Origin: Octopus vulgaris
Lineage: Eukaryota
Reading direction: 5' to 3'
DNA length: 64,000 bases
Assembly: GCA_951406725.2 (NCBI GenBank)
Contig: OX597820.1
Location: forward strand, 20,336,001 to 20,400,000
Positions 53,760 to 64,000 of the stretch are shown piece by piece (position 1 is the stretch's first letter; each line of letters starts with the position of its first letter). The notes beneath the pieces are model-generated. The model was not told the DNA's origin, made no database searches, and worked only from the letters and a program-made list of their open reading frames with translations. The translations under genes and the position numbers were made by a program.

Positions 53760-54329
53760 GATCAACAATACCAAATAACAACTCCCCACACATGCTAAGT
53801 TGTACTATAGAATATGTGGAGAATATACCGCCAACTTTGCCCAAACGACCTAAACATTAGCTTCAAGGTTCATCCAAGACTGGGACCACGGGCCATACGA
53901 CCCCTGCCCAATTCAAGATCACAACATACATGTAGACTGCAACATAATTTCTTTTCCTCAACAGGCCCTGCCCTATTTAACATTGTCCCGAGGGAGATCA
54001 AAGAGGAAAAGGATCCCATCAACTTTAAACGGAGTCTGGATAGATTCCTTCAAAGAATACCAGATAAGCCACCTATAATTGGATACAACTTACCCAACAA
54101 GAACTCACTACTTGAACAAAACTGGATACAACTCACCCAACAAGAACTCACTACTTGAACAAAACTGGATACAACTCACCCAACAAGAACTCACTACTTG
54201 AACAAAACTTGACTTAAACAAAACTTGACTTATACAGGGTTCGAATAATCCTATCAGGTGGTGCTATTAAGTTAGACATGGCCTGGACCAATCTTTGGTC
54301 GAAACATATCTAAGTTTATCTAAGTTTAT
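53760..54329 (+). mobile_element. 3' fragment of a CR1-superfamily LINE
   Basis: ORF 53814-54158 (GPALFNIVP...FKRSLDRFLQRIPDKP..GY...NSLL) resembles the post-RT terminus of CR1-type ORF2. 3' stem-loop gaccaa-tct-ttggtc and (tctaagttta)2 tail. Confidence 0.7.
54081..54209. repeat. 43-bp tandem repeat, three copies
   Basis: Unit ggatacaactcacccaacaagaactcactacttgaacaaaact at 54081, 54124 and 54167. Confidence 0.95.
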
Positions 54330-55029
54330 ACATTTTAGCCAATATTGTATAGAATATGTAAACAGGCGGATGATCCTGAACGTAACAGTAGAAATTTTAA
54401 AACGAAAATCAATCAATTACACTTTAAAAAGTGAAGAAAATGGATCAAAAGGGACCGCAAAACGAACTGCAGCAAAAATATGCATGCAAATGATGTATGC
54501 TATCTAAATACATCACGTAATTATATAAGAGGTTCAGAAAGATAAAAACTATTAACAGATACACTTCAAAGCAAATTAACTAGAAATATGAAAAGAAAAT
54601 TAAGGTACAAATAGTAAACAGAATTTAATGTTATAACTCGGTATTGGATGAATAAAAGAAAACCATGAAATATTAGAACAATCAGGATAAAGACAAATAT
54701 AAACAAAAAAACAAGTGGCAAACTGGATCATAAATAAACGAATGATAAGTTTTATAGATGGAATATAATTAAAGGAAGCCATATAATCATATCTTAGTAG
54801 AAAACGTGTGATAACTAGGAAATTACGAAGAAACGTATGAATACGAATAAACAAAAACATGAACCCAGAAATACGTGTAGATGCATGTAATTCATTTAAC
54901 AGTACTATACAAAGTGCAGATAAGAAACATTTTAAAAGTTATAAACGTAAATCTGGACCCATGTCAAGTATAATATATGTTAGCATTAATGTATATTAGC
55001 ATAGAATATCATGAGAATGTTTATACAAA

Positions 55030-55040
55030 ATAATAATAAA

Positions 55041-55106
<66 letters not shown>

Positions 55107-55183
55107 CACCACCACCACCACCACCACCACCACCACCACCACCACCACCACCACCACCACTACTACTACTACTGAAATAATAC

Positions 55184-55235
<52 letters not shown>
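55030..55235. repeat. Compound trinucleotide array (ACT)n(ACC)n(ACT)n(AAT)n
   Basis: In-phase blocks differing by one base. Confidence 0.95.
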
Positions 55236-55430
55236 CGACCTGAAGAAAATTCTAACTGGACTCCACTTGCTGTTTATCTTGATACGAGATCACCATGTTG
55301 TGCACATATCGTCGTGATGCATGTGCCTGGTGTACCCTTATCAGACGGGTAGTCATGATGGGTATACTGGGTCTTCGTATATTTTACCCCAGTGTCATTT
55401 TGATAGTATGCACTGCTCTCTCACTCAATG
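55236..55430 (+). mobile_element. Family F repeat between (TAA)n runs
   Basis: Homologous to 14480-14605 and 53230-53432. Confidence 0.8.
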
Positions 55431-55477
55431 ATATGATAATAATAATAATAATGATGATGATGATGATGATGATTATA

Positions 55478-56153
55478 ATCAGATTACTAAAAAAATGTAA
55501 TGAAAAGAAATACAAATAACCGCACAAAATGTGGAGATGGAGAAGAAACAAATCATATTGTTACTGGCTACCCAATCGACAGAGTTGGGACATATATACA
55601 CTGGAAGCTATGCTAACACTATGGAATAACAACAGAAAAAAGATGGTATAAGCACACGACAGAAAAGGTCACAGAAAATGAGAAAGCTACCATACTCTGG
55701 GATATGCCAATATACACAGATAGAGAAATTAAGGGCAATAGCCCGGATACAGTTGTTAGAGATCATCAATAAAAAATGCTTTCTAATCGATGTATCAATA
55801 CAAAGAGATGTCAACGTTTCCCTAAAAGAAACGGAAAAACTTTCAAAATACAAAGAACTGGAAACAGAGGTAACTCGAATGTGGAATCTGAAGACAGAAA
55901 CAATTCCTATCATAGTAAGCGCATTAGGTATGATAAAAAAATATTCAGACAAATACATAACAAAAACACCAGGACTAACAAATATATATAACATTCAGAA
56001 AATAGCACCACTAGGCACCACACACAACCTACGAAAAACATTTTCAATACAGTAAAAATAAGAGCATCACAACAAACGGCAGCACATACCAAGGCACACA
56101 GAGCTGCGCTCGGTAGGGCAGTGAAAGCACGCTATAAAAATAAAACTACTGAA
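55478..56153 (+). mobile_element. R4/Dong-clade non-LTR retrotransposon, 3' fragment (zinc knuckle plus restriction-like endonuclease)
   Basis: KCGDGEET/NHIVTG, DRVGTYIHWKLC, WYKH..EKVTENEKATILWD, PD...CFLIDVS...EKLSKYKEL, stop at 56053-55, short UTR, then (TAA)n. Frameshifted. Confidence 0.88.
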
Positions 56154-56181
56154 TTATGATGATAATAATAATAATCATAAA

Positions 56182-56224
<43 letters not shown>

Positions 56225-56504
56225 GTAATAATAATAATAATAATAATTGTAACAGACTATCATCTTATAATCAATTTACTCAGACTATCATCGTATCAAT
56301 TTACTTTTAAAACAAACATCTACTTTACTAATGTTTTGACAGACATTCTCTAGAACAATACTCTATGCAAAACAAAAATATATGGCACTCTGGTCATAAC
56401 ACCAACTTGAACTTCTAATTTGTTGTCTCTTAAGCACTCTGGGTGAGACTTGGAGTCAACTTGTACAAGTACAAAGCAAAAGTCAAACATATAATAATAT
56501 AAAT

Positions 56505-57175
56505 CATGTCTTCTATAGACAGAAGGCTTGAAATTTTGGAGGAAGGGGATAGTCGCTTACATCGACCCCAGTGCGTAACTGGTACTTATTTCATCAACCA
56601 CAAAATGATGAAACGCAATGTCGACCTCGGCGGAATTTAAACTTAGAACATAAAGACTGACGAAATCATTTTGTCTGGCGTGCTAACGATTCCGCCAAGT
56701 TTCCGCCTTGACAATAATAATATTAATTAATATTTGACACAAAACCAGCGATTCTGAGGGGTGTGCGTGTGTGCAAGTCGATTACATCGACTCCAGTGCT
56801 CAATGGGTACTTATTTTGTTGACATGAAGGAAAAGAAGAATCGACGTCAGAAGAATTAGAACTCAGAATGTAAAGAGCAAGAAGAAATACTTCCAAGGAG
56901 TTTGTCAAACGCTCTACCAATTCTGCCATCTTACCGGCTTATCACCACCACCACCTCGACCACCACCAACAATAATAATCCTTTTTTTACTATAGGCACA
57001 AAGCCTGAAATTTAGGGGTGGGGAAGTCGATTACATCGATCCTAGGATGAAAGGTAAAGTCGATTACATCGGTCCTTGGATGAAAGGCAAAGTCGATTCG
57101 GTGGAATTTGAAATTAACGTAAAGTCGGACGGAATGTCGCTAAGCGTTCTGTTCGGTATACTATCGATTCTGGAT
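56505..57175 (-). mobile_element. Three decayed family B (B2 tail) SINEs in tandem orientation
   Basis: tcgattacatcgac / gtcgacctcggcggaattt motifs at about 56550, 56777 and 57026. Confidence 0.7.
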
Positions 57176-57299
57176 AATAAACATAAGCAACAATACCGGC
57201 AAAAAGAAATATTTTAATCTACCTCGAAATTTAAATCAATCCAGAAGCTTGGTTATACGTTAAAATTGTAAAGAACGAGTTACTAATCTTCGACTCCTT

Positions 57300-57660
57300 C
57301 GTTTATCGATTATCTGCGACCATACTGGGGCACTGCCTTGAAGAATTTCAGTCGAAGGAATCGACCCCAGTTCTTATTTTTGAAGTCTGATACCTAATCT
57401 ATCGGCCTCTTTTACTGAACCGCTACATTACGAAGGACGTAAACACATCAACATCGGTTGTTAAGCGGTTCAGGGAGACAAGCACTGGCATAAAGTCACG
57501 CACACACACACAAATACGATAGGCTTCTTTCAGTTTCCACCATAGTCTCGGACCGAGACTATGATGGAGGACCTTTGCCCAAGGTGCCACACAGTGGGAC
57601 TGAACTCGGAACCATGTGGCTGGGAAGCAAATTTCTTACCACACAGCCAGGCTTGCGCCT
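57300..57660 (-). mobile_element. Family A SINE, decayed
   Basis: tgcccaaggtgccacacagtgggactgaac...ttaccacacagcca. Confidence 0.75.
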
Positions 57661-59039
57661 GTAGCCCATTAAGGCACAATTTACATATATGTAATTATAA
57701 AAGGGAAAAACGGGGGTTGAAGAAACCTTTAGGAAAGATACTTATATTGAGAGCATCAACGTGAAAAGTGATGATTATTGAAAATACGTAAACAGAAAAG
57801 CGAAAATGATGCTGCAAATAATATGGAAATTTAAATAAAAAAAAGAAGAAACATTTTAAATAGAAAATAATAAAGCAATTGCTAATTGAATAAACGAGGG
57901 AAAAAATTTATAGAAGAATATGGAATAAAACAGACAAGATGCAGACATAAACTGAGTTATATCAATATACAATACGAAGTATACTAGAAGATAGAACAAC
58001 TAAATATGTGTTGTAAGTCAATAGTGATGCAGAATATGAGAAGTATAGAAGAAATATCGATTACGAACCGTTCACTTTAGAAAAACCAAGAGATACGCAG
58101 TCAAGTAATAAGTGAATATTCAAAGTCAATAGTAATGCTGGATTCGAGAAGGTTGGTAGTATTAAGGATGCGTATACCTATCATAGTAGAACATATAGGC
58201 TTAGCTATTATAATGAGGAAGGACGCAAATTGTCATTCAGAATAGTTAACTGGGAAGTAAAAAGAAGTTCTAAGAATATTGTGATTGCACGTAGTGAAGT
58301 AATGCTCTAAGACTTTTCTTAAAAGGTTGGTTTTAAGAAAAAAGGAGCTCAGGTGCTTCAACTGTACACAGGTTACAGTAGTTTCTATTTCCAGCATATA
58401 ATGAAGTTTTTTTCTTATAAATGATCCATTTACCTTCAAAAGGCTACGTTCTTTCAATTCCCAGAAAAATCAGATAAGGAAGAGGGGTTTCTTCTTTCAG
58501 GCTACCAAAAAGAGTATGCATGAAAATAGAATACACCTTGAAAGTTACTGACGGTGAGTACACTACGCATTTTTAGTACTAGATATTTGAATTGTTTATG
58601 AAATAAGGCTCTAAAGAGCACTCATTAAAATTAGTGAAATATCATTCCTGCGTGTACTTAATTTAGTAGTTTTAAAGGAAGATATATTTTGGGCTAAGTT
58701 AGGAGTGGTGGAATAAGAATGTTCTCATATTTAGTTGTTTTATCTTCTAGTATACTTCGTATTGTATATTGATATAACTCAGTTTATGTTTGCATCTTGT
58801 CTGCTTTATTCCATATTCTTCTATAATTTTTTTCTCTCGTTTATTCAATTAGCAATTGCTTTATTATTTTTTGTTACGGATACGGTAGTATATATTTCCG
58901 GGGTGAGACTTTTATAAGTATAAAGAAGAACATACTTGCATAAGGAGTTGCGACTTACATATAATAAGGAGGACTATACCAGCCGATGTGCCGTTTCCCG
59001 TTTCTCTTGTTTCTTGTACTGCTATTGCTTGTGTATAAT

Positions 59040-59428
59040 TTTTTTGGAAGCACTCCGTCGGTAACGACGACGAGGGTTCCGGTTGATCCGAATCAACGGA
59101 ACAGCCTGCTCGTGAAATTAACGTGTAAGTGGCTGAGCACTCCACAGACACGTGTACCCTTAACATAGTTCTCGGGGATATTCAGCGTGACACAGAGAGT
59201 GACAAGGCCGGCCCTTTGAAATACAGGTGCAACAGAAACAGGAAGTAAGAGTGAGAGAAAGTTGTGGTGAAAGAGTACAGCAGGGATCACCACCATCCCC
59301 TGCAGGAGCCGCGTGGAGCTTTAAGTGTTTTCGCTCAATAAACACTCACAACGCCCGGTCTGGGAATCGTAACCGCGATCCTATGACCGCGAATCCGCTG
59401 CCCTAACCACTGGGCCATTGCGTCTCTA
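59040..59428 (-). mobile_element. Family C tRNA-derived SINE, full length (tRNA-Arg-like head)
   Basis: A box TGGCCCAGTGG, B-box-like GGTTACGATTCC, short A tail. TSD cttgtgtataat at 59028-39 and 59429-40. Confidence 0.92.
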
Positions 59429-60437
59429 CTTGTGTATAATATATCCTGTCAGTATACCCACATCTAGCTAAGATTTCAATATGATACACAGAAATCTTAT
59501 TAAGATTTTTCAGAAAGCATTGATGACCGAAGTGAAATATGACGAAGTACGTTCTTACAATGTTCCTACTAGCAGAATCGTTAAAGCGCCGGACTAAATG
59601 CTTTGTGGTGTTTGTTCTGGCATCTTACTTTCTGAGGTCAAATCACGCCGAGGTCAACATTACTTTTCATCTTTTCATGGGGAAAAGCAACGGATTTGAA
59701 AAGTCAGTACTGTCATATATTGGAGTCGAGGGTATCGACAATCGCCCCCTACTCTCGAACCTGCTCGCTTTGGACCTAAAACAGAAACCACTATTTTTTA
59801 ACCCCACTTCATCCAGGAGTAAGTAGACCTTTGAACAAAAACAGTTCTACCGTCACCACCCCATTTATTTTCAGCTACTGTGTATTTAATGATAGGTTAC
59901 TTTATATATATTTCGTCTATTTTAAGTTGGGAGAGTGTGATTTGAGGAAAATTTAGCTTCTATTTCTAGCAACCCGAGTGATCACACAAAGGCTCCCTCC
60001 TTCGTTTGTACCATGCCTTAGTTTAACATAATGGCGTTACATTAAGGAAAATACGTGTTTAGCTGTTATCCATAATGAAGCATAATTTAGAAAATAGAAA
60101 TTTCCATAATCCTTAATGACTCGGTCAATATTTTAGCTTGAAATCAATATCATATTTTATCATCAATATTTTATTCTGAAAATCAATGCTTGTTAATGGT
60201 TAAAATACCCATTAGATTTAATTTTAACCTTCTTCAATATTAACAATATTAAAAAGTGGCGAGTCTCCGTCGCTCGAAAGTGAGGACTCAATATTTCGAT
60301 CAAATGGCGTAGCCGTGTGGTAAGAAGCTTGTTTCCTAACCACTTGGTTCCCGGTTCGGTCCCACTACGTGGAAACTTGGGCAAGGGTCTTCTACTATAG
60401 CTTCGGGCTCACCACATTTGATACACGATATATACAC

Positions 60438-60797
60438 GAATCTCCGGCCCCTACCTTCAGTGCTTCTACAACGGCTCTTAAGGTGGTTTGGTCATGCGGC
60501 CCGGTGTCCAGAGGGTGAGCTGATTCGCGATGTCCTCCTCCCATCTCCACTTCCCAGCTGGCGCAAACGCACGGGCGGGCAGCTGAAGACCTGGGCAACG
60601 ACGATAAAGGAGGACATCTCCGAACTCTCAGGTCCGCAGGTGGTCGGTCTGCAGGTGGAACCGCGAATGGCTCGCTATCTCCAGTGACCTCACACAGAAC
60701 CGTCGAGCGTGGGCCGCCATGGTTCGTGATGCCGTCAGGACAAGAGAAGAAGCCGGTTCAACTCGCTCTGGGTGAACGCCGTCACAAGTAAGCAAGT
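60438..60797 (+). mobile_element. RTE-clade LINE, 3' fragment
   Basis: LRWFGHAARCPEGELIRDVLLP...WRKRTGGQLKTW...(frameshift near 60652) WNREWLAISSDLTQNRRAWAAMVRDAV. caagta-type tail. Direct repeat tatacacga at 60431-39 and 60797-805. Confidence 0.88.
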
Positions 60798-61327
60798 ATA
60801 CACGATACACCAAGCCTCAAGATTTTTGGTCTTGTCCCACATTAAGTATAACTAAATTACCAAGGGTGGTGGTAGAAATATTACTGAAAGAGTAAAAGAC
60901 AAATACGGGTGCATGCCAGTTTGGCAAGGTTTATCTTCCAGTAAGATTTAGCTTGGTTGGATATTCGGTGATAAAAAAGGTTAGTTAATTAACCATATTT
61001 CGAACGTGTACCATGTTCTAGAAAAATGAAGATAAAGAATTCAACGCTACAGTTATAGCTGTCGTTAAGATGTTTCCTTCGTAAAGACGTGGTTCTTGGT
61101 CCAGTCTTTCTACATTGCACTTTAATAGTATCAACCCAAGTCTTGTAACCGAAACTTAATAGGCGGAAACTATGCAAAAGCCTTCGACTTTTTCCGCCCA
61201 TCGGATTTTTTAACCCAATATTTATATGCTATTATTAACAGCTTTATCTGCTTCGAGGTTCACCGTTCCAAAAACGAAAAGAGAATTATTTCAGCTTCTT
61301 TCGACGGTTCTAAATTTATATGACGTG

Positions 61328-61419
<92 letters not shown>

Positions 61420-61859
61420 CACACACACACACACACATATGAGCAATAATTATAACGAAAGAGAATATGGAATCAGGTTCATCCTCAAAATTCATTTCCT
61501 TTTATATTTCAATGTCATAGGCATATTTTTATGGCTACAACACCTGGGACATAATTGAGAGCTATTAAAGAGTCCATCCGGGTAATATATCCCTTTAAGC
61601 TCACACCTCAAATGTAAAATTTTTCGCTGATGATGGAATCAATTTACAACCATTATTTTGGACCACCAAGCCACTAGAAACAGCTGTTGGACACGTAAAA
61701 CTCCTATTCAATCCCTTTAATTCCTGATATTATTTCTATTCCGTGTAAGCTGGACCTTTTAATATGTAAACTTCGGTACATTTTTGTATTAAATGTATTT
61801 AATATTTTTGTAAATCGCCTTGCCTAACTTGCTTATCTTTACATTCATTCCATTATCTA

Positions 61860-62212
<353 letters not shown>

Positions 62213-62239
62213 CATATAGCGGCGTACGTACACTTTGGC

Positions 62240-62343
<104 letters not shown>

Positions 62344-62927
62344 ATTTATAGTTGACAATTAAAGGGGCATTTTCAGACCCCCAGTAACAAAGAGCCTAAG
62401 GTTTTCTATTCCGTTCAGTCATGCATGACATTTGTTGATTAACCTGTCTGCATTTGGAATGTTCTTCAGCATGAAACCGTTCAGTAACATAAAATGGCTG
62501 TCATGAAACTAGCTTTACAATGTTCCAGCTAAGCAGTCGTCTGAAAAGAGTGTAACTAATGAAAATGTGATTACAGGATGGTTAATAGTGGAGAAAGTAA
62601 AATCAAATGACTTCAACTAAAAAATGAAATTGGAAACCCGACTGAGAGCTATGTGCCTCTGCTTCGTCGCCCCACTGAATTTACCCGGAGCAAAGTATAC
62701 TGATTTATACGACAGGTAGCTAGTCTTGAATTTGGGGGAAATAGGCATTCCATTACAAAGACTCTAATGCTTGACTGATACTTTATTATATGGACACCGA
62801 AAGAATGAAAAGCAAAGATGTCTTCAGGAAGATTTGAGCTCAGAAACGAAAGCATTCTAAATAAATAATACTCAGTAGTTTTTTTTTGTAATTATATAGT
62901 TTTTAACCTCGAATAAGAATGAAAGTA

Positions 62928-63493
62928 TTGGGTTGTCCGGAAGGTTCGTGTCGATTTTTAAAGGAAAGAAAAAGGTCAATAAATACTTGCCATTACATTT
63001 TTAACCAACTAAATATGAACCATTTTGTTGCACAATGTGTGTCCATCTTTCCTTTAACTAGAAAATACCTTCTTCCCAGAATTGTGGTGGTTTCATGGCA
63101 AATAATTCATCAAGGTATCTTTTTACGTTATCCAAGGAATTGAAATTTTTACCATTAAGACTATTCCGCATAGACCTGAATAACTAGAAATCCGAAGGAG
63201 CAATATCTGGTGAATATGGAGGGTGAGGTAACACATCCCAGCCGAGCTGCAGCAATTTTTGTCTGGTTCCCGAAGCATCAAGTGCCGAAAATGAACTTTC
63301 TTATCTTCAATTTTAAAGGGTTACAAAATTAACACAGGTTATAGGAACATAAATCTTCTTCCACGAAAAGATAGTTTAAACTGTGCTCTAAATGGAAGTG
63401 TAGTCAAATCCTATTTTATGGACTCAACCATGTTCTAGAATAAGTTGAAAGATAAGCTACTATAAATCGGCACGAACTTTCCGGACAACCCAA
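62928..63493 (-). mobile_element. Internally deleted mariner transposon (DD34D)
   Basis: About 30-bp TIRs ttgggttgtccggaa(g/a)gttcgtg(t/c)cgattt with TA on both sides. Minus strand encodes KLLQLGWDVLPHPPYSPDIAPSDF*LFRSM...ERWTHIVQQNGSY. Confidence 0.93.
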
Positions 63494-64000
63494 TATATAT
63501 GACTGCTTTCAGAATTTCCTTTATTAGTCTAGTAGAAAGAAGAGAGAGTAGAAACCGCGGCGTAATGCTTGCAACAAAGTGCAATCTGATAAGGTAGCAA
63601 AGGACATTGCTATATTAAACCAGACGACATTCTGACGATAGCCGCCATTCAGCGCCTTATGTTGGTTAATAGTCTTTATTATGAAAACGTTCTGTATCTG
63701 TCCCACGCAAATATATTTATAGTTGATATGATTTTAAATATTTTGTATTTAAATCTCGAAAAGGAACACAATCCAAAATGTGGTGTTCATGTCGGATGAT
63801 ATCGACGAAGACGGATTTTGTTTAATCCAGACAACATTTTAAAGACAATTTGGAGGTGGACGAAGAATTATATGAGGAAATTAATAACGCTAATTAATAA
63901 ATGATATGATATCCTCAATGACATTTTTCCGAACACAGACACACTGTCTGACAGAAAGAGACGGATAGGAAGATAAATAGCCTGACGTACACACACACAC

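Noticed and set aside
54081-54209. CRISPR-like array
   Set aside because: Repeats are contiguous without spacers, the context is eukaryotic and there are no cas genes.
54340-55020. Possible decayed N-terminal ORF of an R4/Dong element (also 57700-58230)
   Set aside because: A-rich and coding-like, but too many stops to assign without a search.
63630-63990. Possible piggyBac-like 5' region with an acidic peptide (MSDDIDEDGF)
   Set aside because: No TTAA/TIR or catalytic motif visible before the window ends.

Overview
Eukaryotic, AT-rich, extremely repeat-dense DNA (intergenic or a very large intron) with no host protein-coding gene I can support. Almost every ORF in the supplied track is a translated microsatellite or SINE. 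The repeat mix points to an octopus/coleoid cephalopod genome (inference): about 30 copies or fragments of a tRNA-headed CORE-type SINE with an internal (TA)n(TG)n tract (family A), about 15 loci of a Nin/Deu-domain SINE (family B) that often forms dimers, and three further tRNA-derived SINE families. Also present are six non-autonomous Helitrons, decayed Tc1 and mariner transposons, Tc1/mariner and hAT MITEs, and 3' fragments of R4/Dong, RTE, CR1-like and Tx1/L1-like LINEs. The most interesting signal is a set of short unrelated elements, mostly inside (TA)n or (TATC)n runs, that carry minimal type I hammerhead-ribozyme motifs and inverted partial copies of themselves, as Penelope-like elements and retrozymes do. 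One of them joins a tRNA-Ile-like Pol III head to a hammerhead (23291-24212). Two adjacent perfect palindromes of 241 and 226 bp (3845-4327) may belong to the same system. Family names are by-eye motif recognition, no search was run, and boundaries of decayed copies are approximate.
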